Shown here piece after piece: positions 23,587 to 34,389 of a DNA stretch of 43,159 nucleotides; position 1 is the stretch's first letter; every line of letters starts with the position of its first letter. The notes beneath the pieces are model-generated. The model was given only the letters and a program-made list of their open reading frames with translations. It made no database searches and was not told the DNA's origin. The stretch lies in assembly GCA_013115145.1 (NCBI GenBank), contig JAAPAO010000284.1, positions 1-43,159 of the forward strand, in the 5' to 3' direction. Origin of the DNA: Perkinsus chesapeaki ATCC PRA-425 (Eukaryota > Protista > Perkinsozoa). Position numbers and translations under genes: made by a program.

Positions 23587-25657
23587 TCATGATGATGATG
23601 CTCTGCTCGATGTCCACGACTTGATAGCACCAACCATCTTCTCTATTGCATCACTGACATTAAAAAACATCCATGGGTACGAGGTTTAAAAATTCGTACT
23701 CGACATCTTTGCTCCTCTGTGAGTCGGGTACCATCCAATAACAATGACTAGCTCTAAGCACCTAAGGGAGCTTTCGTCAACGTCCTGAAGCTTCAGCTAC
23801 ACCTCGAATACACTCAGTCCTTTGTTCGCTTTGTCGATCTTGCCAGCCTCTTTCCATGGATCTGAATCGCCCAATACAACTAAAATATTGGTTGCATTGG
23901 GGAGCTGCCTTCCGCCAAACTTCAAGAGTAACTCGGAGATCCTATTCTGAACCTGTGAGGGGCGACAAAATTCCCCTACATCACAGTCGCACAATACATC
24001 AGTCTTGGACATTGAGAACGCATCCTGGCAAATAGACTGCTCATTATTGAGGACAGCCGCGTCTTGTATGAAAGGACATGAGCTTCCTTCGTTGCACGAC
24101 TGGAAGGCAAACCACTGACTACAACGTTGAAACTCATACAGCTTGTAGCTCTGCAGATTATTTCGTTGTTTTAAACTAAAAAGATTTAGATCCACTTTTT
24201 TCTTCCTTCCGGCAGTTTATTACGCTGAAATGTATGCCGAGTAAGTGAGCCGAGAAGCTCGTGGGCTGTCTTGATAAAGAGTCTCGCGGTATACCGTCAT
24301 GACTTCTTCCCTTGAGGAAAAGACAAGTACACGATAATCCATAACTCTACTCAATGTTTTACAACCTACTCTGTGCTTTTATCCTCTCCTGCAATGTAGT
24401 GACAGATTTTTCTAATGTTGCAGAGTGGCGAGTCACAATAGAGCTGGTTACCTTGCACTATAATATTTGGTGGCATGCGGGCAACCCTGAGATAGGATCA
24501 TCGATTATTAACCGTAACGTCGCTCTGAGTGGCCAGTGTCACCAGAACCACTTAGATCCCTCATCTTCTAGATAGGCGTTCGGAAGATTATAGAACTCTT
24601 CGAGATATCGTCTACCCGACTGTGTTCGAAGCGATCTCTTCAAGATACTGCTGGCCCTTTGAATCTAACCGTAGAATTCAAAATTCGATGGCGTCCACTG
24701 GGAAGACACTCACGAATGAGAGACACTCTACGCTCCCACCAAGCCTCGGGTCTGAAAAAGCAGCGGCTACGGCGTTGTTATACCTGATCATGTAAGATGG
24801 TGCAAGATGATCCATAATAGTATGAAGTTACTCCGGATAGTCGTATTGCAGTCCAAGCACCGGACAGCTTGCAACCGCTCCAACAAACAAAGTTGGATAC
24901 GTAAGTCGTGTCCAGGCGGCAAGACTCTGACGGAAGAGCAACGGAGATGCAGCAAGCGCTCTGGTGTATAAGTCTTACTCCGGGGTAGCTGCATCCCATG
25001 AGCAGAAACCGGGCATTCTCTAGCTTGTATTTGCTGATAATGTGCTCCTGAAATGTGTGTAAGTCTTCGATAGCCTGTCCAATTGTGAAGAGCTGCTTGA
25101 GGTCACCTAGCGGAGGTGACTTGACCGGGATGGACTCGCCGTAGAATCTGGGAGTGGTTTGCTGTAAGGGGCATAGACAGGCCCGTGTTGTAGAGGAACA
25201 CATTACCTATGTTCGAGGGCAACCACTGTTGCCTTCAACTCGTAAGCAACTTGGTTTACATATGTACCAATCGGTTCCATTTCTTTGCCGTCCTTCTCGC
25301 CCTCCACCTTCACGAGGACTATCTGTCAGATATAAAAAACATCACACAGCTGCTATATTATAGCATGTCGCTGAAAATCACAACGTTGAGTGTGACTCAC
25401 ACTGTGTGAGTCATGCTATATGGCTTACCGGATACTCAGCCTGGGGGTTCTGAAATTCATCGTCATACAAGTATCGTTGCTTGAAAGTCCCTGAGCAGTA
25501 GCTCTACCAACTCAGCAGCCACAAGTAAGGGAAATAGTCGAATGAGCCCACCTCTGGTATTGAAGTGATCTACGGCCTGATCGAACTCGAGAGGCTTCCC
25601 AGCCTTGCTGGGGTGATTGAAGACGAAGAGACTCGACAGTAACCAGAATGACCGCAT
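23587..25657 (-). CDS. Serine peptidase family S28 (PRCP/TSSP-like), copy A; intactness uncertain
   Basis: Signal-peptide-like MRSFWLLSSLFVF, FDQAVDHF, AIEDLHTF, nucleophile motif LMGCSYPG, Asp motif GDSDPW and His motif RASHCYW, so the catalytic triad is present. One junction needs an 18-nt intron (24206-24223) to stay open. Confidence 0.8.
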
Positions 25658-26346
25658 GGTGATAGGTAACAGAGCGTGGAACTGACAACTGAGAGAACCA
25701 TGATATAAAGGTCTGATTCACGAAGTCGTGTGTCAGACGTATGCGTACATCACGGTGACGTCGCCAACTGTGACCTCTGTTGACAGGTAAAGGTTTTGAC
25801 TAGGTTAGAGCCGCTTATATTTGCAGCCAAAATAAGTGTCTCTAAGTCAAAACCTTCAGCAATAAACCCAAAACCCCATAAAGCAAATGATTTGCTACAT
25901 ATCAGGCATATACACTGTCTCTTACGCGGGCTTCAATAGGTCGTCGTGTGCCAAGGATGTCGAGTTGCGAGAAGAGTAACTTCCGCTGTACGGTTGATTC
26001 GTACGAGTAGAACCTCCATAGATAGCATCGCATCTTTTCTAAGACGAATAAGGTTCTACTTCCTCTAGCATTACTTGCCAGCTCGTGTAGTTGCTTATGA
26101 TGACTCGCAAGTTCGAGCAATCGGGTGATGAATCTAACACTCGCCTAGCATATATATTATTCTCGATGAATCGATGTCCCTAATCGATTGTATGTCGTGA
26201 ATATAAAATCCCTATGTCCTAGTGCATGGGGTATATTCCTGGTGCGCCGTGTTAGGGGGGGTGATCGTGCTGGGGGGGGGGGGCGTCTCGCCTGGAGCGC
26301 GGCGCTACGACCGCTACACCAGTATGCTCCGGTGCATGTGTCACAA

Positions 26347-27034
26347 TATGTTAAACATAACTCAAGTTCTACCTGATGTTGACGAACCTCTAAATCCAGC
26401 AGGGGTACAGAAGAGGTGGACGCAGTCCGTTTTGGTGGCTTTACCAAGTAGATAGCTCTCTATTACAATTCTAGTGTTGACCATTGAATGGCGAGCCCTG
26501 GTTATGTAATGCTGATTTAGTGTTGCTCGGGGTGAGGCATCGAGCACACGCTTGCAGCGCCATGAATAGTACGGGTCTTTTCTCGGAGGAATCTGGTGAA
26601 GCTCGCAGCTACACCTTCGTTGTTCATGATTATGTCCGCTCTCGCAACGGTGTGGTAGTCTCCGCAGTTCGTAACAGGAACTACCAAGAGGTCAGGCGTA
26701 TATTGAAGACAGTAGGGTGAGAACTTGACTAGCAGGATGCCAAGTCTGAGTAGGTGCGGACCACATACCAATTTGGTTCACCCCAGACTCTAGCAGCGTG
26801 CAGGAACATTCATACCATGCGTGTGCCATTGGTAAGGTCTGGCTCCTAAGAGTTCTTGTTGCTATGTACCCTTCTATTTTCAGGGAGACTAAACAACTTC
26901 CCCTGATAACGATAGATCCAGAAGAAGCTTCAGCTGATATGAGTTTCACTTCACAGCAGAGGGTTGCCGAAGCACAAACTCTGTTGAATGGAAGCAGACA
27001 AAAAAACCTCATACTCGAGTACGGCCGATGGTAG
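26347..27034 (+). pseudogene. Internally deleted, frameshifted paralogue of the SV2-like MFS gene
   Basis: Blocks are homologous to about 20578-20650, 21430-21700 and 22696-22890, joined directly with large deletions. There is a frameshift in the QRKVDAIGFGGFQ-equivalent segment. Confidence 0.85.
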
Positions 27035-28638
27035 CTGCTCGATTGCATGTTATTTTGGCCTTATATTGTGCATGTTTGAGTCCTGTCAAACGTACCGAGG
27101 TTGCGGAGGTTTTTCATTTGCTGACTAACACTCAACGAACTCTGGCATATCTCAAAAGCAAATAAAATTCTCAGCCTCCTACTATCACATCGCGTTTTGG
27201 CAAGATAGAGCATAGTAAATAGGAAGAACGCCGACAAGCGCTTCGACTGATACACAATAATGGAATGCTTGTGACATACAAAGTAGGTACCTTAACACTT
27301 GTTTCAGCAACCTCCAACCGAAATGCTCTTTGCCTGAGCCAAAGAGGTATCAATGCTTTTAGAGATTTCGAGCCTCTGTGATCGATGTCCAGGACTTGAT
27401 AGTACTAATCATCTCGTCGATTGTAGCCCTGAATGGAGTAAGTTTTCATGGGTCAAGAGCTTATAGTTAATCTTACCTGACATCCTCGCTCATCTGTGAT
27501 TCATCCTTAATTCAATAACAATGACTAGCTTTAGGCACCTGAGGCGATCCTTGTGAACTCTATGAGACTTCAGCTACACCTCGTATTCGCTTAGTCCGGG
27601 AATCGTGGTGTTGATCCTGCCAGCCTCCTTCCATGGATCAACTTCGCCCAACACAACGAGAATATTCGTAGCTCGGTGGAGCTCTTTTCCGCCAAATTTC
27701 TCTAATAGTTCGGCAACAGTATTTTGGATCTGAGAGGGCCGACAAGTTGTTCCTGCATCACACGCTTGCGCACTACATCAGTCTTCGATCTCAAGAATGC
27801 GTCGTGGCAAATAGACTGCTCAATATTGATAACAGCTGCATCTTGTATAAAAGGACATGAGCTTCCTGTATTGTACGAATGGAAGAGGGCCCATTGATTA
27901 CAACGTTGGAAGTCAAACAGCTTGTAGAACTCTAGATTGGTCCGTGCTTTGAGGCTAAATGAAGGTTTATTCACTGCCCTTCAAGGGACAGGCCCCGACA
28001 ATGGGGCGGCTACCTTGCGGAAATGAATGCAGAATAAGTGGACCATTGAGGCATTGTGCCCTCTGGCTGAAGAATCTTGCGGTATATCATCGTGATTTTA
28101 TCCCTTCGGAGAAAAGCAATTCATAATAATCCATATCTTTTGACTCTGTCCTCTTATCCATATCTCAAACGTAGTCGCAGATCTTTCTGATATTGCTTAG
28201 TGCCGCGTCACAGTACGGCTCGTTTCCCTGCAGTCGGGCCCTGAGTGGTTGGCGGGCAACCCTGAGAGATGACCCTCGAGCATCAACCATAACATCATTC
28301 AGATGTATCTTACCACCACCACCTAGATTTCTCGTCCTCTAGATAACCGCTTGGGAGATTATAGACTCTCTCGATATATCGTCTGCCTGCGTGCGCACAG
28401 GGGGGTGAGTCTGGCATTAATTGATTTTAAAAAACTCGTTATACCTTTCGAAGACGGGGAACAAAATGAGCTATGTCTCGCATTGATATTCGGAGGGGTT
28501 GAGGAGTTACGTTCGGGGCTTGATGCAATAGCGCAAATAGCTGAGAGTCTCAGCCTGAGACCTACCCGAGAAACTGAACGCAATAAAGATGCGGAAAGAA
28601 ATTATACAGGGACCAGTTAACCAACTACGCTGAGAGAA

Positions 28639-29412
28639 CTATGGTGATCCGCTATGTTCGAGAGTCTCCTCATAAGCCGCGCAGGCTCGTCGGGGCCTGG
28701 CCTCCTTGAACGAGTTACTAGACTCGATCTGTCGTTTAGCGTTATACATTGCTCCGATGTGCTTCATCGCATCAGAATCAGACATACACTTTACCATGCT
28801 AACAGTAGATTCTCTGTTGATCACCCCATGGAGAGACTCGATGCTCTCTTCGGTGACGGACCAGGCAGATATGCCTGCGATGTCTAACTGCCGAAGGCTA
28901 TCCAGTAGATGATGCAGAGTTACATGCAGGCTTAGTGTCAGTGGCAGACAATCCTTCGAAACGACCTCCGACAACCTGTTCAGGTGAACTTCTACTTTAT
29001 CAATTCACTTTGTGTCATCGTCTTCGTCTTCAGAGCTGTGATCAGCGTAAACCAGATGACGTATCTCTCCCCAAAGCCTAATGATTGTCGCAGTAGTTGC
29101 CCCCAAGCCAGCCGCTTCCCATAGATCCTCTGCATCAGGCTGCGCTGAGATTCTAGAAGCCAAGGTCGCGCAATCTTTGCCTGTGAGGGACACAGCTTGG
29201 ATAAACTTTCGATCCAGACTTGACGAAGATACTGGTAGAGACGTGGCAACACCATAATTCTCTTGTAGGAACTTCTGGATCTTCTGGCGGTCTTCAGGGC
29301 TCTTAGAGTATCTCCCCAGAAGTGCCTTCACAAGGTTCATACCTAGGTGTAGAACTGGGCAGGCAATAGCCAGGAATGGAGATCCTTCGAATTCATACAG
29401 GGGCTCGAACTG
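28639..29412 (-). pseudogene. Transposase C-terminal core (RAG1/Transib-like zinc-binding helical domain and catalytic Glu), one premature TGA at 29005-29007
   Basis: One continuous frame: FEPLYEFEGSPFLAIACPVLHLGMNLVKALL...SPEDRQKIQKFLQENYGV...SLTGKDCATL...DDDTK*IDKVEVHLNRLSEVVSKDCLPLTLSLHVTLHHLLDSLRQLDIAGISAWSVTEESIESLHGVINRE. Confidence 0.75.
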
Positions 29413-29591
29413 TGAAGATATTTGTGTAGACAGTATCCATTTGTGTTAGATGTCCCCTTTGCGTATGAGCTAAGATATCTAGCGCGACGCTAGTGCTGTG
29501 AATAGTTTGATACATTTTATAATTGAATAAAACTCACTAATAATTCTACTTGTGTTAACTCAATACTCAACAATCATAGTTCATCATATTA

Positions 29592-30318
29592 TCACTCCGT
29601 TCCTTTCGGCTTGCCCAATTGCTTACGGAACGCGGAGGCACACCCAGTGCTTACTTGGCCAGCCAGGTTCTCCTTCTGAGAGGCGTCTACCAGAAGAGCA
29701 TGCTTGGCTGAAACCGAGAGTTGCGAGAAACTTAGCACTCCGTCAGTCGAAGTGGGGCCACAAGAACCGAGAACCTCTTTGTCAACAAGCATTAGGACAG
29801 GCATAGTACTACTGCTACTACTGCTACCAGAACTGACACTCGGTTGACATTCGTTGCTTGTCACAGCGGCAGACTCTTTCTTTGGTCTACCGGACCGTCC
29901 TTTGCGGCGGTTGGCATTGCAGTTTTTAGCAGTCATATTATCGCAAAAGTAGCAGTCCGTCCCAGGGACGTGCAAAAGGGCCTTTTGCACCATCGCAGAA
30001 GGGCAGGGTACGCCAATTCAGTGGGGGCGTCTTCTTTATACCCAGCTTTGCTTTGCGTTCCCGAGACTGGCGAGTCTGTACACCTTCTCCGGCCCACTTC
30101 TGTATATACTTCTTGGGATCTGTTCCGAGGGAAATATCACATGCTGAGCATATCTGGCATGGAGCGTTCTTTAGAGCTAGCATACCGGCTGTCTCATCGC
30201 CCCATACCGTCTCGATCTTAGCACGAACCGATGGTCTACTGATGGGGACCCCCCTATTATTGTGCTGGAATCCACATAAGAAGCAGAATCTGTCTTTGCA
30301 CGGGATGGCTGGCGTCAT
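29592..30318 (-). pseudogene. Transposase N-terminal Cys/His zinc-binding region (RAG1 non-core / Chapa-domain-like), frameshifted near 29990
   Basis: MTPAIPCKDRFCFLCGFQHNNRGVPISRP...NAPCQICSACDISL...NW, then, after a frame change, LLHVPGTDCYFCDNMTAKNCNANRRKGRSGRPKK. Confidence 0.7.
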
Positions 30319-32473
30319 AGTGGTTATATCGATACCAACAATACAACTAACAACAGGGATGGTCTTTGAAACACTCCTCAATACAAACTCCTCAATACAC
30401 GCACGCACGCGTGCGTGCGGACCTTGCCTCTTATGATCTGGTTGGCGTTTTGAATCTGAGCGTAGACGACGTCAACTAATGAGAGTCTCACGAACAAAAG
30501 ACGCTCTGCACTTCCACCGAGCCTCAGGTTATAAAGAGCAGCGGCTATCGCGCTGTTATACCTGATGATATACGTCGGTAAGGGACGATCTACAGTGTTG
30601 CATAATCACTCCTGAGAGTCGCATTTCAGTCCAAGTCCCGGGCAGCTCGCAACCGCCCCCACGAAAAAATCTGGGTATCTAACTCGAGCCCAAGCTGCAA
30701 GACTCTGACAGAATAGGACCAGAGATGGCCCGGACCACTGTGGACGAGTCTCACTCCATTATAGCTGCACCCAAGGAGCACGAACCGGGGAGTTTCCAGC
30801 TTATGTTCCCTAATGATATGCTCCCGGAATGTGCGCAAGTCTTCGGCAGCCTGTACAACTGTGAAGAGCCCCTTTAAGTCAGCAAGCGGTGGTGACTTGA
30901 CCGGACTCGACTCACCGTAGAATCTACAAATGGCCTCAAGCGAGTGACGACATGCAACTTCATTACCTAAGCTCAAGAGCAACTACAGTTGCCTTCAGCT
31001 CGTAAGCGATTTGGATCATATACATCCCAATCGGTTCCATCGCTCTGTGTTCCTTCTGGCCTTCCACCTTCACGAGGACAATCTGTTACACGTCGAACTA
31101 GTCACACTGTGACTGTCACAGCTGCATATGGCAGCTCACGGGCGCAAGAATGCTAAGAATGATTTACCGGAGATTCAGATTGGGGATTTTGGAGCTGATC
31201 GTCATACAAGTATCGTTGCGTGAAAGTTCCTGAACATGGAATGTCGACCCCTTGATAGAATAGCCGAATGAAACAGACCTCTATGCTTGAAGTGATCTAC
31301 AGGCTGATCGAAATCGAGCAGATTGGCGGCTGTGATCTGGTCAGAGAATGTAAGGAGCTTTAACCGGAACAATAAAAGCCGCATGACTGGGAAAGCTGAG
31401 AGTGTGAATCTTACTATTAGCCCATAAGCTGTATGACTCGCTAGTAGCGAGTCGCTAAATGCGTCACTGCCTAGTCACTACACTGCCTAGTAGGCAGGCT
31501 ATAGGTATCCTACTCTGGTTTCTATGGTCATGGTGAAAATGAAGTGAGGCGTGTAGACACGATCAAGTTCTAAGGTCAGGAATGCACCCGCTGTAGGAGT
31601 GGTTCATCCAAACACGATCTCTAGAGATTACATTATACCCCTTCTACCGTAGAGGGAGACTCTTTATGGTCTCGGGAAGAGGGTATTCATCGTCCTTGGA
31701 AACGTCAGAGTTTGAGCAATCGAGCGTTGAAGCTAATACTTGCCCAGGAAATGGATTATTTTCGAGCTAACGTAACACTGTGCTACTAACACACAGTCGA
31801 CATCATAGTCCCACTTATGAACCAGTGAAAAACTTCCTCAATAGGGATCCACCTCTGAGAGTCATGGAGCTATGTTCATCAAAGGACTACTTGTCATTAC
31901 TGCTGTTTCCGGATGACTGGATAGGTAGAGGTGACCTGCCACTTGAAGTGGTCCACTTCTAGGAGGAAGACTTGGTCTTGATGGCCTTCACTACTCTGTG
32001 TTGCCGTCTTGAGCTTGCCAAGGTGCGCATATACGGACCATACTGAGATATAATAACTCTCTCCGAGAGTAGTATAGTCATTTTAATGCATGGCTAGTGG
32101 AGTGATCATGATAGATAAAAAGTGTATCTATGTAGCTCTGAGCTAGTTGGGTTAAGTGCATACCGTAGAGATGCAATGACGTGGCGCTGAGACCAAGGAA
32201 ATGTGTGTGTGCGAGTTAATTGTCGAACGCTGAAGAAGGGTTCGTTAGACTATCCATACTATGTGTAGCTTCCGAACGATAATTATAACCCATGACGGTT
32301 TTAATTATTGCCATCATGCAATTCTATTTACTAAGATAATGCCATTTGGCTAGAGATTGAAAACTCTGGATGGTCAATATTACGTCCTAGTTATAGCGCA
32401 GTGTAAGTATTACTTACTGAGTAAAACTGACCAACTACCCATAACGCATGTGTGGCAAGTATTTAATAGAAAA

Positions 32474-34068
32474 ATGCCACGGTCCTCAGTGCAGCTCCTA
32501 CAACCTCTCCTGTCCTCTGAAACACCTCTCTCCATCCAGGACCTCGTGAGTTGGGCCTGTATCCGGTCCCTTACCACAAGACTCATCCTGTAGGCTACCA
32601 ACGAGCGGGAGCCTAGTACAATAGCCATCACACATTTGCTTCTCTTTGTTTCACAATGGCTCGCAGCAGGTAGGGTATGAAGGCAGTTCAGGGGCCTCTG
32701 GTTACCGGGTTTATGGCGTTTGTTCAGGCAACTATGTATTCTATCGATCCTTCTACAATCAGGAAGAGGAGTACATGGGATATTATGCCGCTCCGGTATA
32801 TTCTTTGATAAGAGGAATTCTGGCATTGAGCCTCATACCGATACTTTATTGGACTAGTCGACCGAGCCTTGGCCAAGTAAAGGCGTCTCTTAGCAGGACT
32901 GTGGTATGAGTAGCATGAGCAGATATTAACAGTCCCCACCTCTGAGCAGAAAGCAGCTATGATAGAAGGCATAGCAGGGTACACTTGTACGTAAGCCTAC
33001 TTCCAGTACAAGCTATATTTCAGGGCGATTCGACAAAACCTCATCCCTTTGGGGCTAATGTTCACTGACGCCACTAGCGCGGGTAGTCGGGCATGCTCGC
33101 GGACTCTCTTCTTTCGCACAATGGTTGACAGGTATTGTCCAACCTTTCGTGCCAATAGGATCGACCATGCTCGCCGTATTCCTAGGCTTGGAGAAGGGGA
33201 ATAAATACAAGTTATTCATCACGCGATGTGATCAAGCGACGGTTTCTACCCCTGTGTCATGCTCAGATACCTTTCGATACTTGTTGGTATCGCAGGTGTC
33301 CTGATAGCAGGCCGCTTGTATGCACTGCATGAGATTGACGTCGGTTTTATCATCCTACTAGGAGTTCCGATAACCAAAGCTGCACAGGTTGTTCGCTCTT
33401 GCTCGTCTGGTTGCTATTCCGCTTTCAGCTCACTGAGCAGCGAGTAGCGATGACACACATGGATCGAGCCGCACTTCATATACAACAGCTGCTCGTTCTG
33501 GCGGTTTTCACAGCTGTACTCGTCTACATTGTCTTCACCGGTGATTCGTCGATGTTATGGTGAGACATGATCAGTTTTCTCGTCCGTCTGTTGATTCGTA
33601 TTTAGGACCTATGTCAAACGCCTTGGCGGAGTCGGTTGGGCTTCAATCGCCTATTCGGTTGTTTTCGTCTTGCTCATCGAATGGTGGATACAACTGAAGG
33701 CTGTCAGGGTGATCGGTCCAATCACAGTAGGCCTCTATCAGGTAGCACCAATAAATCGGCAGATCCTGTGCCCCGCTGATGCCACATGCTGCATTCAGGT
33801 CCTCCAGCCATGCTGCTGTTTCATCCTATGTCATATCGTACTGGGTGAGAGTTATCATACCCATCAGCTGATTGGAGCTGCACTGATGTGCACAGCTCTG
33901 GCGATTCATTGCCTAGTTCAATTCGAGAATCCGCCTCGGCACCCTACGACAGACCAACGAAGGCGACACACGCCGCCAGTCCGCCTTCAACGAGCCACTG
34001 TAGCGGCGGCAAGCTCCAAGAGAGCACGCAAGATAACCATTGGACAACGTGCCACCACTGGTATATGA
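32474..34068 (+). CDS. EamA/DMT-family transporter (multi-exon)
   Basis: Two EamA halves: AITHLLLFVSQWLAAGNYVF...PVYSLIRGILALSLI...IVQPFVPIGSTMLAVFLGLEKGNKYKYLSILVGIAGVLI, and WASIAYSVVFVLLIEWWIQLKAVRVIGPITVGLYQVLQPCCCFILCHIVLGESYHTHQLIGAALMCTAL. Introns are GT-AG. Confidence 0.8.
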
Positions 34069-34389
34069 TATATATCGTTGTCATGATTTCGTCTTGAGTT
34101 GTTCGGGCTACTATCTCGTCACTATTAACTTGCTATAAACACAAGAACACGCGACCGCTCAATAATGCTAATGAATGTAGTATGCGATTTCTCGCGTTAA
34201 GTAGGAGGAGTAAAATAATCCCCTGATTGGACATCAGGAAACTACTCAGAAGAATGCCGATAAGAAATGCGCACATCAGCGCTGTATATGCTGCATAAGA
34301 CAATAACATTTAGTTAAGGAGCAGCGGGGGGGTCGGCAAGTAATTGACCGGTGATGTAAGGGATACAAATATCATATATCATCTCTTAT

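Larger units (their letters stand above)
28396..30413 (-). mobile_element. RAG1/Transib/Chapaev-related DDE DNA transposon, defective
   Basis: The segment is absent from paralogous copy A. The left end is CACAG and direct repeats flank it (GTGCG at 28391-28395 and 30411-30415). Coding remnants: CFLCG...HNNRGVPI...PCQICSAC, HVPGTDCYFC...GRPKK, PVLHLGMNLV, SLTGKDCATL, LTLSLHVTLHH and VTEESIESLH. Confidence 0.8.
27359..31384 (-). pseudogene. S28 peptidase copy B, pseudogene interrupted by a DNA transposon
   Basis: FDQPVDHF, LLGCSYNG and GEVDPW are present. The His motif reads KASHCY*, with TGA where copy A has TGG. There is a frameshift near 27700 and a ~2 kb insertion at 28396-~30413. Confidence 0.85.

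Noticed and set aside
26220-26290. G-runs (G4, G7, G12) with G-quadruplex potential near the duplication junction
   Set aside because: Simple homopolymer runs with no evidence of function; they may reflect slippage or sequencing error.
29005-29007. In-frame TGA as possible recoding (Trp/Sec or alternative code)
   Set aside because: Intact genes in the window use TGA as a normal stop (e.g. TTC12, EamA), and the element has other lesions, so a nonsense mutation is simpler.
29760-29810. LMLVDKEVLGSCG as the second catalytic Asp motif of the transposase
   Set aside because: Only loosely like Transib TMIDGKVCN and not followed by the expected CxxC; not counted as evidence.
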